This document shows, in pieces, positions 9,784 to 18,380 of a stretch of 64,000 bases of DNA. Position 1 is the first letter of the stretch, and the number at the start of each line of letters is the position of its first letter. Made by a program: the position numbers and the translations under genes. The DNA lies in the IMG/VR virus record IMGVR_UViG_3300029288_007089, positions 1-64,000 of that record; one strand, given 5' to 3'. Under the pieces are notes generated by a model. It was not told the DNA's origin and ran no database searches. It saw only the letters and a list, made by a program, of their open reading frames with translations. Source of the stretch: a virus. Taxonomy: Duplodnaviria; Caudoviricetes.

Positions 9784-10542
9784 TCATTCTCCTATTCCTA
9801 ATCTCTCTATCCGCCCCCGCCACCGGTACAGCGCGCGCCGGCTCTCCATCGCCGTCTGCTCCTGGTCCAGCGACAGCGCGCCCTCGGCGCAGTAGTAGAT
9901 GCCCAGTACGTCCCCGATCTTCTGGAAACACACGCCGTGTGCGGCGAGGCGTAGCCACATCTCGTAATCGCCGGCAATGGTGAACGACTCGTCGAAGTAG
10001 CCGTATTCTTCGTGCAGGCTGCGCCGCCACATCGGGTGCGGCCCGCAGATGCACCGCTCTAGCAGCACGCGCGGCGTAAACTGCGCCCAGCCCGTGACGC
10101 CGCCCGGATACGGCGCGGCGCGCACAATGTTGAACTTGCCGCCCCATGTCGCGTTAGGCGTGTCGGTTACGTAGTCGTCGGCGTATACGAGGCCGATGTC
10201 GGGGCTGGCGTCCAGCGCGTCAGCAAGGCGCTCCAGGGCGTCGGGGGCGCGGCGGTCGTCTACATTGCTATTGCTCACGTAGTCGCCGGTCACAAAGCGC
10301 AGCGCGCGGTTCCAGCTGCTATAGAGCGGCTCCCTAAGCGACGTGATGACCTTGAGCGGGACGCCCTGCGCCAGATAGTCGCGGATCAGCCACGCCTCGC
10401 CCTGCTTGCTGCCCGCGTTGACGACCACGATTTCAAGCCGGCCCTGTGCGTAAAGCGTCTGCGCGAGCAGGTCTTCGACGCAGCCGGCAAAGAAACGCTC
10501 GCCGTTGTAGGTGGAGATGAAGGCGGTGACGGTGCTAGGCAT
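9784..10542 (-). CDS. Glycosyltransferase family 2
   Basis: ISTYN...EIVVVNAGS...GDYVSNSNVDD...GDYEMWLRL. Confidence 0.9.
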   Translation of the reverse strand: MPSTVTAFISTYNGERFFAGCVEDLLAQTLYAQGRLEIVVVNAGSKQGEAWLIRDYLAQGVPLKVITSLREPLYSSWNRALRFVTGDYVSNSNVDDRRAPDALERLADALDASPDIGLVYADDYVTDTPNATWGGKFNIVRAAPYPGGVTGWAQFTPRVLLERCICGPHPMWRRSLHEEYGYFDESFTIAGDYEMWLRLAAHGVCFQKIGDVLGIYYCAEGALSLDQEQTAMESRRALYRWRGRIERLGIGE

Positions 10543-11311
10543 TTAGCCACTCCAATATCTGCCGCGCCCGGTGCGCATACGTATTCGCCTGCGCCCACGC
10601 GACGCCCGCCGTGCCAATGCGCGCCGCTGCGTCGGGGTCGTTAATTAGCGCACACGCCTTTTCCAGCATGTCACTCATGCCCGCGTAGGTGACACAGTTC
10701 ACACTATCCACAAGCCCCAGCGCCGCCAGATCGTCCAGCGCATTCGTCAGGAGCGGCGTGCCCGTCGCCAGAACTTCAGGCACGCGCATAGGCACATCAT
10801 ACGCCAGCGGGTCGCCGTAGTTCGTGGGCACGTTCAGCCCTACGCGCGCGGCATGATAGGTATGCGCCGCGTCCGCGCCGAACACGCCCTGCGCGATACT
10901 GGTGCGAAAACGCGCCATACACGCGCGCAGCATCGCCTCACGCCATGCGTCGCGCACGTAGCCGACAAAACCCACGTCGTACAGCTTCTCGACCGGGGCC
11001 GCCGGCGGCGCATAGCCCGGCGTTACAGCAAGCGGCAACCACTCGCCTCCGACGCGCTCCTGGTCCGGGCGCTGCGCGTGACACACGACCGCGCCCTGCT
11101 CGAGCAGCCGGCGCGCAGCGGCGTCCTCGTGCTGGCGCTCGTGTAGCCAGCGGTTGTCGATCAGGTAGACGACCACGCGCCCGTTGACGACAAGCCCCCA
11201 ACAGTTATCCGTCTGCGGCCCGCGCCCGGCGAACGACACGTCCGCGCCCTCGGCGCGCAAGGCGTTTTCGAGAAAAAAGACGGGGTGATGGCGGTCGGGG
11301 TAGTAGCTCAT
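10535..11311 (-). CDS. Glycosyltransferase-like protein (CgeB/GT-B type)
   Basis: YDVGFVGY...VGLNV...MRVPEVLATGTPLLT. Confidence 0.75.
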   Translation of the reverse strand: MSYYPDRHHPVFFLENALRAEGADVSFAGRGPQTDNCWGLVVNGRVVVYLIDNRWLHERQHEDAAARRLLEQGAVVCHAQRPDQERVGGEWLPLAVTPGYAPPAAPVEKLYDVGFVGYVRDAWREAMLRACMARFRTSIAQGVFGADAAHTYHAARVGLNVPTNYGDPLAYDVPMRVPEVLATGTPLLTNALDDLAALGLVDSVNCVTYAGMSDMLEKACALINDPDAAARIGTAGVAWAQANTYAHRARQILEWLNA

Positions 11312-12048
11312 TTCGGCAACGCCACAATCGTGTACTCCAGGTCGCTATCCAGCATGGCGTCGGTGAACGGCTCCAATTTCGCGCCGAGCCGGTACAGGCC
11401 ATAGCCGATACCGCGCAGTAGCGTTGGTAACCGCGCCGGCGCATCCGGGCCGCTTGCCGTCGCCAATCCTTCGCGCCAGTATTCGAGCATCAGCACGGGA
11501 TATTGCCCCAACGTGAAGGGCATCCCCAGAAGCGCATTAAGCTCACAGCCCTGAATGTCCATCTTGACGAAATCGACGCGCGCGCCGTTTATGAGATCAT
11601 CAATCCGCCCTACCGGAACCTCAATCGTGGCGCGCGGTTCGTGGCCGGGCACGTGAAACATGCGGTGATCGCCGTGGTTGCCGGGCGAGAGGTGCATTTG
11701 CCCGCGCCCCGCCTCATGCCCTGCCGCCGCCTCGATGACGGTTGCGGGCGCGTAGGGCGCGGCAAGTTTAGCATTCTTGCGCAGGATGGCGCACAGGTTC
11801 GGCTCCGGCTCCAGCGCAATCACGCGCCCGGTTTGCCCTACAAGGCGCGCAGCGAGCATGGTGTAGTAGCCGACGTTCGCGCCCACGTCGAGAAAGCTCA
11901 TGCCGGGCTTGACGCGCTCTTGCACGAACGCCGTCTCCTGTGGCTCCCAAATGCCCCGCGCGCGCAGCACCTCCGTCACCGCGCCGGGATCGCTGGCGTC
12001 GATGTAGAGGTCAAAGCCGAGTACGGTATGACAGAGTTCGGCGGTCAC
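11308..12048 (-). CDS. FkbM-family methyltransferase
   Basis: FLDVGANVGYY...VIALEPEP...VDFVKMDIQGCE; GTG start assumed. Confidence 0.9.
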   Translation of the reverse strand: MTAELCHTVLGFDLYIDASDPGAVTEVLRARGIWEPQETAFVQERVKPGMSFLDVGANVGYYTMLAARLVGQTGRVIALEPEPNLCAILRKNAKLAAPYAPATVIEAAAGHEAGRGQMHLSPGNHGDHRMFHVPGHEPRATIEVPVGRIDDLINGARVDFVKMDIQGCELNALLGMPFTLGQYPVLMLEYWREGLATASGPDAPARLPTLLRGIGYGLYRLGAKLEPFTDAMLDSDLEYTIVALPK

Positions 12049-12326
12049 GCCTTTCCTCCTGCCTTCCACTCGTCAGTTATCGGTTGCCAAAATTCCTGCG
12101 GCAAAGCGCGTAACATAGATGCAACTACGACAGGACCGCTGATAAGGCAGCCAAAGGCGAAAGCGCCGGCAACAATCCAATCACTGGTCAAAAGGACAAT
12201 GATGACAGCCGCGATAAGAGACAGCGCCGTAGAGGGGATAATCGACAGGCATGACAAAAGAATGATGAGCGTTGCCTTTGGTTGTAGCTTAACCCTAAAC
12301 ATCTTATCTAGTTCCCACTGAAACAC
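12045..12326 (-). CDS. Small membrane protein (AT-rich insert)
   Basis: Two long hydrophobic segments, low GC. Confidence 0.5.
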   Translation of the reverse strand: MFQWELDKMFRVKLQPKATLIILLSCLSIIPSTALSLIAAVIIVLLTSDWIVAGAFAFGCLISGPVVVASMLRALPQEFWQPITDEWKAGGKA

Positions 12327-12586
12327 ATGTACACGAGCGTTTTGTTGCGATAGACGATTAACGGACCAAAGCGGAATGGCGGGAAGAACATATTTTTGAG
12401 GGCGCTCAGGGTTTGTTCATCCGCTACGGTAAAGCCAAACGAAACCTCAAACGGAGTAAACTTTATGGTTTCGCGCTCTTCCGTATCATCGCTGTCGCTG
12501 GTCAGGCGGAAAGATGAAAACGACGAGAGATCAATCCGCTTTCCGTCTTCGTCTTCTAGATGTGCGCCGCTAATATTGTAGGTCAT
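12308..12586 (-). CDS. Hypothetical protein (AT-rich insert)
   Basis: MTYNISGAHLEDEDG..., 4-nt overlap with the upstream GT. Confidence 0.55.
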   Translation of the reverse strand: MTYNISGAHLEDEDGKRIDLSSFSSFRLTSDSDDTEERETIKFTPFEVSFGFTVADEQTLSALKNMFFPPFRFGPLIVYRNKTLVYMCFSGN

Positions 12587-13512
12587 GCCGCCACCTCCCG
12601 CAACACGCCGGCCACTGTCTCTGCCATGCGCGCCCACGTAAACTGCGCCGCCCACTCCTGGCCCATGCGCCGGCCCTCTTCGCTGTAGCCGGTTGCTGCA
12701 ACCGCCAGCGCCTCAGCAATGCGCGCCGGCTGCGCTACGTCCACGTAAATCGTCGCCTCGCCGCCGATCTCCGCCATGCTGCTCGCGTCATTGCAGATGA
12801 CGGGACAGCCGCACGCCAGCGCCTCAACGATGGGCAGCCCAAAGCCCTCGTACAGCGACGGGTACACCAGCGCCACCGCGCCGCCGTAGGCCGCCGCTAG
12901 TTCCGCGTCGTCAAGCCGGGCAAAGCGCAGCCAGCGGTAGCCGGCCATGAACGCGCGGTCCTGTGGAAGCAAATTGCCCTCACCGCCGATGCACACGACC
13001 GTGCAATCCGCGTGCTCCGCCCACATCGGCCACGCCTGGTAAAGCGCCTGCGCATTTTTGTAGAAGTCGCGCCCGCCTACGAGGAGCACGTAGGGCGTGC
13101 CCGCCTTCTCGCGAAACGCCACGATGTCGTCAAGCGGCGCGGGCGTCAGATCGCAGCCGGGATAGGCGACGGTTGCCGCGCGGTTGGTGTAGCGCAGACA
13201 GTCCTCCGCCGTCGCCTTGCTGATGGCGATGGCCGCGTGCGCGCCGGCAATCGCCGCCCGTTTCTTCATGGCGTCTGGGTTGTACGGTCCCCAGTGCGGA
13301 TACCGCTCATGTACGAAGTCGTACACCATCGCCACCGCGCGTTCATCGTGTGGCGGGAAGCCATAGTAAGTAGACATAAACACGTCGCAGGGCGCGTCGC
13401 CGTCAATGGTAAGCTCCGGCATGGCGCGCAGGAGTTCGGGCACAAGCCGGGACCACAGGCGACTGACGCCGGCCTGATGCTTGCCGTGCGCGTGGTGGAG
13501 GTGGAGGTTCAT
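12583..13512 (-). CDS. Glycosyltransferase family 4
   Basis: VYDFVHERYP, YVLLVGGRDFYKN, LVYPSLYEGFGLPIVEALACGCPVI. Confidence 0.92.
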   Translation of the reverse strand: MNLHLHHAHGKHQAGVSRLWSRLVPELLRAMPELTIDGDAPCDVFMSTYYGFPPHDERAVAMVYDFVHERYPHWGPYNPDAMKKRAAIAGAHAAIAISKATAEDCLRYTNRAATVAYPGCDLTPAPLDDIVAFREKAGTPYVLLVGGRDFYKNAQALYQAWPMWAEHADCTVVCIGGEGNLLPQDRAFMAGYRWLRFARLDDAELAAAYGGAVALVYPSLYEGFGLPIVEALACGCPVICNDASSMAEIGGEATIYVDVAQPARIAEALAVAATGYSEEGRRMGQEWAAQFTWARMAETVAGVLREVAA

Positions 13513-14243
13513 GCCGGCTTCCTCCCGATGAAGTGCCACCCATTGCGGTACACCGGCTCCCAGCGCGCCAGCCACGCCTCCATGTACGCCGCGCCTAGCG
13601 CGAGCGGGTGCCCTGCATCATAGTGGATGGCGGGGTCGATCTCGCGCGGTTCGTCAAAGAGAACAACCCACCCGCCGGGGCGCGTGATATCCCACACTTT
13701 CTGCGTCACGGCGTCGGCGTCACGGCAGTGGTCCAGGACGTTTATCATCACAACGGTGTCGTATTGCTGCGTCGTAGGAAAGTCCTCAATTGTCCCCGCC
13801 TTCAGTTGCGCCATCGGCTCGCCGCGCGTGGGCAACCGCTGATAACCGTTGTTGGGTAGGCCCAGATAGTCACGCATGAGTGGGTCGAGCAGCGTAACCG
13901 TGTGCGCGCGCCGGCCCTCCAGGATAATGCGCGCGTTCGTGAACGGCCCGCAGCCAAGCTCGATGAAGTCCCCCAGGTCGTCAGGCAGCGCCTTGTAGTC
14001 GTCGAACTTCTGCGCATGCGCCACGTTCTTGTCGTCATCCCACTCGCGGGCGTGGATCAGCCACGTGTCGCGCTCGTACTCCTGCGCGCGTTGCCAGCGC
14101 GCCGCGTCCACGCGCGTGATGCCGTGCGCGCCGGCAAAGCGCGCGTCGTTGTCCTGCATGAGCTTGTTCAGCGCCTCGCCCGCGAAGTAGACCTCAATTT
14201 GCGAGGCAACGTAAAGGGGGAGCTTTTTAGTCGCGTTCACCAA
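13509..14243 (-). CDS. Class I SAM-dependent methyltransferase
   Basis: IELGCGP motif I; YDTVVMINVLDHC...RPGGWV. Confidence 0.85.
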   Translation of the reverse strand: MVNATKKLPLYVASQIEVYFAGEALNKLMQDNDARFAGAHGITRVDAARWQRAQEYERDTWLIHAREWDDDKNVAHAQKFDDYKALPDDLGDFIELGCGPFTNARIILEGRRAHTVTLLDPLMRDYLGLPNNGYQRLPTRGEPMAQLKAGTIEDFPTTQQYDTVVMINVLDHCRDADAVTQKVWDITRPGGWVVLFDEPREIDPAIHYDAGHPLALGAAYMEAWLARWEPVYRNGWHFIGRKPA

Positions 14244-15234
14244 TGACCTCCAACACCCGCCGCCACACCGTATCCTTGAACCGCTCCCAGGTGTAGGTTG
14301 ACGTAATGTAATCCGCCACCTCGCGCGAGCGCCGGCGCAGGTCTAGCTCTGGCATGTGCTGGAGGCGGTGTATCTGGTCGAGGTTGAACGGCATGTCGTC
14401 AAGGCGCAGTTCCAGGAACGGCTGCCCCGGCCAGTACCCGCTCTCCTTCGTGCAGGCGACGACCAGCCCCCACGCCGACGCCTCAAAGAGCGTATACGGG
14501 TTGGCGTCCTCGCGGCCCATCGTGATAAAGAAGTCATACTCATCCACAAGCGCCTGGATTGCCGACGGCGTGAAGTCTACCCAGCCGTACTGCTTCATAT
14601 TGGCGACGTGCTCAAAAACCTCCGGGCCGGCGTTGCCGCAGTGCCCCAGGAAGATACCCGACACGCGCGCCAGTTCCGCCACCTCCCGCGCGCCCTTGTA
14701 CCACTTGTCGTTGCCGAGCGCCAGAAACGCGCGCTGTCCCGGCGGGTTCCACTTACGCTTCAGGTACGGGTGCAGCGCCGGCGTGATGGCAAGCTCCAAT
14801 TGCGAGCACTTGTGTTGCAGCGGCGCGTAAGGGCCGTCCTGCCACGTATCCCACCAGTACGGGCCGGTAATGGCGATGGTGTGGTCGCTGCGCTCCATCA
14901 TCTCGATCTGCCGCGCCGTCTCCGCCGGCTGAAACATGCCTGGCGTGTAGGGCTGCATAATGATCTTGTGGCGCGGGCCGGGGTCGGCGTAAATGGCGCG
15001 GTTGACAAAGCCATCGGGATACCAGGGATGGCCGATCACGATGTCATCCGGGCCGATGTCGTGCGGCGCGAGATCGTCAAGCTGGCGGTATTCAAAGCGC
15101 CAGCCACGCGCGGCGCACTGCTCGCGAAACATGCGAATGAGATGCCAGGTGTGGTTGTACGGCCCCTGTAGCGGCTCCGGGCCGTCCATCATGACGACGG
15201 GTATGGAGTAGGAAAACCAAAGCGTGCGGGTCAT
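14227..15234 (-). CDS. Glycosyltransferase (GT-B/GT4-like)
   Basis: FLALGNDKWYKG...DFFITMGREDANPYTLFEASAWGL. Confidence 0.75.
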   Translation of the reverse strand: MTRTLWFSYSIPVVMMDGPEPLQGPYNHTWHLIRMFREQCAARGWRFEYRQLDDLAPHDIGPDDIVIGHPWYPDGFVNRAIYADPGPRHKIIMQPYTPGMFQPAETARQIEMMERSDHTIAITGPYWWDTWQDGPYAPLQHKCSQLELAITPALHPYLKRKWNPPGQRAFLALGNDKWYKGAREVAELARVSGIFLGHCGNAGPEVFEHVANMKQYGWVDFTPSAIQALVDEYDFFITMGREDANPYTLFEASAWGLVVACTKESGYWPGQPFLELRLDDMPFNLDQIHRLQHMPELDLRRRSREVADYITSTYTWERFKDTVWRRVLEVIGERD

Positions 15235-15485
15235 TCTCCCTCCTCGTTCGGCATCTCCCACCGCGCCCCCACCACCGCCAACTGCCGCGCGCCGTCGCCG
15301 ACCTGCACCAGACCGCGCGCCTCCAACTGACGCAGCGCGTAGCGCACGCTTGACGTGGAGGCGTAGGGCGTCAGCGCAATAAGTTCTCGTGTCGTCGGCG
15401 GCCAGCCGTGCGCCCTGATGAAATCGCAGAGCGCCGCGTACACCGCGCGCTGGCGGGCAGTGAGTGGAAGTGTGTCCGTTACCAC
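15231..15485 (-). CDS. LexA DNA-binding-domain-like HTH protein (no peptidase domain)
   Basis: LTARQRAVYAALCDFIRAHGWPPTTRELIALTPYASTSSVRYALRQLEARG. Confidence 0.8.
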   Translation of the reverse strand: MVTDTLPLTARQRAVYAALCDFIRAHGWPPTTRELIALTPYASTSSVRYALRQLEARGLVQVGDGARQLAVVGARWEMPNEEGE

Positions 15486-16474
15486 CAATCCCCTCGCATA
15501 CACGCCGCCAGCGCGTCCTCGTACTGGTCGATCTGCCGGCTCACGTTGCAGAACGTCGTATCCAGAACGTTGTCGCGCACGCGGCGGCGGTCGATGCGCC
15601 ACGCGCGCGCAATCGCGTCCGCAACCGCGCCCACCACGTCGCCCGTCGTGCGCGGCACGAATACGCCCGTCTCGCCGTAGCGCACGAGGTCCAGCGAGCC
15701 GCCCGCCGGCCACGCCACAACCGGCGTCCCGTGTAGCATGGCCTCCAGCGTCGTGAGGCCGAACGCCTCCACGCGCCCAAGTTGCAAAAACACGCGCGCC
15801 TGTTGCATCAGGTGATTGCGCTCCTTTGGCCCCACGATGCCGCGATACTCCACGTTTTCGGTATTGCCCTCGATAGGAAACGTCCCCTGGAGCGACGCGC
15901 CGGCGATGACCAGCTTGACGCCGACGCGGGCGCACGCCTCGATTGCCAGGATGGGCTGCTTGTGATCCGCAAGCGCGCCGAGAAAGAGCGCGAATGGCGG
16001 CTCCTGCGCCTTCACCGTCGGCTCGTACCCTTCTGGGTCGAGTGCGTTGAAAATCAGCCGCGCGCCGCCGAACTCGGGCGGCATGAGCGCCCGCTGTCCG
16101 GTCGAGAGCACGACGGGGCAGCGCGCGTAGCCCTGCCAGATGTCGTGATAGACGTTGACGACGGGCAGTTGCGGGAACAGCGCCGCGAGCGCGTGCAGGT
16201 GGTCGTTGGATAGAAACACGTCGAAGCGCCACTCGGCGTGCCGGCGCATGGCGTCGCGCGCAATGGCGTGCTCGCCGTCGTAGCCGTTCTGCCCGCCGGC
16301 GTCCTTTGGCGTTACGAGGTTGCCGCTGAAACGGGAGCCGGGCGCGGCGAATAGCGTCACGTCATGCCCGCGCGAGTACAGGCCTTCGGCGATCTGATGC
16401 ACCATGCAGCCCAGGCCGTGCCCGCCAGCCATCGGCGTCGGAAAGACGGAGTCAGAGAGAATGGCAATCCTCAT
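15479..16474 (-). CDS. Glycosyltransferase family 4
   Basis: MRIAILSDSVFPTP...GG; EAFGLTTLEAMLHGTPVVA. Confidence 0.9.
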   Translation of the reverse strand: MRIAILSDSVFPTPMAGGHGLGCMVHQIAEGLYSRGHDVTLFAAPGSRFSGNLVTPKDAGGQNGYDGEHAIARDAMRRHAEWRFDVFLSNDHLHALAALFPQLPVVNVYHDIWQGYARCPVVLSTGQRALMPPEFGGARLIFNALDPEGYEPTVKAQEPPFALFLGALADHKQPILAIEACARVGVKLVIAGASLQGTFPIEGNTENVEYRGIVGPKERNHLMQQARVFLQLGRVEAFGLTTLEAMLHGTPVVAWPAGGSLDLVRYGETGVFVPRTTGDVVGAVADAIARAWRIDRRRVRDNVLDTTFCNVSRQIDQYEDALAACMRGDWW

Positions 16475-17631
16475 GCCGCTTTCCACCCTTCCAGCGCCCG
16501 CTCCGCAATCACGCGCAGCACGGGCATGGCGTATTTGCCGATCACGTAGTCGATGTCATAGTCGCGCGCGCCCTCAATCGCGCGCCGCCGGCGCTCCGGG
16601 TCGCCGCGCTCCAAATACGCCGCCTCCAGCGTCTCAACGATTGACGCAATACTGGGGCCAATCCAGAAGGCGTTTTGTTCGCTCCACTCCGGATCGCCCT
16701 CCACGAGCCAGCCGCTAAAGTTCAATTCTTTCTGCGCGCCGAAGTCGGTAGTGATGACGGGGCAGCCGGCGCGCTGGAATTCGAGCACCGGCAGGCCAAA
16801 GCCCTCACCCCGGCTCGGCGCAATGAGCACATCGCTCGCCTGCGCCAGCGTCGCCAGTTCGCGCGCCGGGATGCCGGTGCGGTACCGGTACTGGTCGGCA
16901 ATGCGCACGCGCTGTGGGTCGAGGCCGAGCGTCTTGATGATAACCGGGATGTTGACGCCGCCGAATACCGACGTGAGCAGGTTGCCCGTCTCAGACGTGT
17001 GCAGGTACAACATGGCGTCGGGGTACGTCTGCGCGAACATCTGCCACGCCACCAGCAACTCAGGGATGCCCTTCCTGCTTGGCACGCTGTCGTTGACGCC
17101 CACGAAGGACACGAGAAACACATCATCGGCCAGTCCCAGCGCCTTGCGTGCGGCGCGGCGGTCGCCGGGCTGCCACACCGCCGGGTCAACGCCGTGCGGC
17201 AGGTAGTAGCTCTCATGGCCGGCTACGCGCAGTTGCCGCTCGCCCCAACGTGTAAGCGCAATCGGCGCGCGGCACGCCGCCAGCGCGTTTGTCACCCGTT
17301 CCGGCACGGGCTGGCGATCAATGGGTGTGATGGGATACCAGGGCATGTGGCGCATGATTTCGGGGTTCAGTCCCCAGGCGTCGATGAGAGAGATTGCCGC
17401 GTCGGCGCGGAAGTGCGCCGCGTGCCCGTGAATAATGTCGCTGCCCAGTGGGTCGAGCGCCGGCGGGAGCACCTTGACGCCTTCGACCAGCGCCGGCAGG
17501 CTGCCTGCGCCGATGCCCAAATTGAACACGGCGACCTCGTGCCCCAGGCGCTTCAGGCGCGGCACGAAAAGGCGCGACTGGATGCTATAGCCGGACTGCG
17601 AGGTGAAGTTAGCCGCCCAGAGTATGCGCAA
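16471..17631 (-). CDS. Glycosyltransferase family 4
   Basis: HGVD, RKGIPELLVAW, DVLIAPSRGEGFGLPVLEFQRAGCPVITT. Confidence 0.92.
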   Translation of the reverse strand: MRILWAANFTSQSGYSIQSRLFVPRLKRLGHEVAVFNLGIGAGSLPALVEGVKVLPPALDPLGSDIIHGHAAHFRADAAISLIDAWGLNPEIMRHMPWYPITPIDRQPVPERVTNALAACRAPIALTRWGERQLRVAGHESYYLPHGVDPAVWQPGDRRAARKALGLADDVFLVSFVGVNDSVPSRKGIPELLVAWQMFAQTYPDAMLYLHTSETGNLLTSVFGGVNIPVIIKTLGLDPQRVRIADQYRYRTGIPARELATLAQASDVLIAPSRGEGFGLPVLEFQRAGCPVITTDFGAQKELNFSGWLVEGDPEWSEQNAFWIGPSIASIVETLEAAYLERGDPERRRRAIEGARDYDIDYVIGKYAMPVLRVIAERALEGWKAA

Positions 17632-17953
17632 TTGTGTCGCCTCCCAACGTCCAACCGCATTCGGGGCACCGGATGATGCCAGGGTTGTTGTGTTCGTCTA
17701 CGTTCGTGAGCGCCGCGCCGCAACGCGGGCAGGTATCGGAGATGGATAAATCGCCGGCTAGTGAACTTACCAAGCGCGGCGGCGACGGTACCCACGGCGG
17801 TGGCGGCATCATCCGTCCCTCCCGCCACGCCTCGCACGCCTTGACGACAATGTAGGACACGCTGCGGTCGTCACGCGCGGCTTCCGCTTCCAGCCACGCC
17901 AGCAGGTCGTCGGGGAAGGATATGCCTCTTGCGGTCGTTGTGCGTTTGCTCAT
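17609..17953 (-). CDS. Ribbon-helix-helix protein with C-terminal zinc ribbon
   Basis: RGISFPDDLLAWLEAEAARDDRSVSYIV; CPRC...CPEC. Confidence 0.7.
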   Translation of the reverse strand: MSKRTTTARGISFPDDLLAWLEAEAARDDRSVSYIVVKACEAWREGRMMPPPPWVPSPPRLVSSLAGDLSISDTCPRCGAALTNVDEHNNPGIIRCPECGWTLGGDTIAHTLGG

Positions 17954-18056
17954 TATAGACAAAGCGCCCACTGCACTTACTGCCGGCGGGCGCTCACGGG
18001 CGCACAGATGTTCAAGTCACAGTGTAGCACGGAATTGCAGCGCGTGCAAGTCACAG

Positions 18057-18232
18057 GTCACGGTGCGCTATTCTGAGATTCGCCCACTGCAACTGCAGCA
18101 CAGAACCACACCTCGGCGGGATGTCACAGTGCGCTATTCTGAGATTCGCCCACTGCAACTTTTGCGCAACATCCTCAGGCAGAAACACAGTGCAGGTCAC
18201 AGTGCGCTATTCTGAGATTCGCCCACTGCAAC
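18057..18232 (-). CRISPR. CRISPR array 1: three 37-nt repeats GTTGCAGTGGGCGAATCTCAGAATAGCGCACTGTGAC, spacers of 36 and 29 nt
   Basis: Repeats at 18196-18232, 18123-18159 and 18057-18093 (last has one mismatch); directly downstream of the RuvC nuclease and scaffold. Confidence 0.9.
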
Positions 18233-18380
18233 CCCAGTTGCAGTGCCGTGCAAAGCACGGAGTTCGGTCCAAAGCCGCCGCTAGTGGCGCGTTTTGACGC
18301 GCCAGGAACGCCGGGCGTCCCGTCTGGTCTTACGCGCGGCCCCAGGCCCAGGATGTGTGACTGCATCCTGTTCTCAAACC
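18233..18380 (-). ncRNA. Omega/tracr-like scaffold RNA fused to the first repeat
   Basis: Anti-repeat CACTGCAAC (plus 18237-18245) joined by TGGG to the repeat start GTTGCAGTG; stems covary with the second copy at 55211-55357. Confidence 0.8.

Noticed and set aside
18094-18195. Self-targeting by array 1 or array 2 spacers
   Set aside because: No extended match in this window was found by eye; a proper alignment was not possible, so neither presence nor absence is claimed
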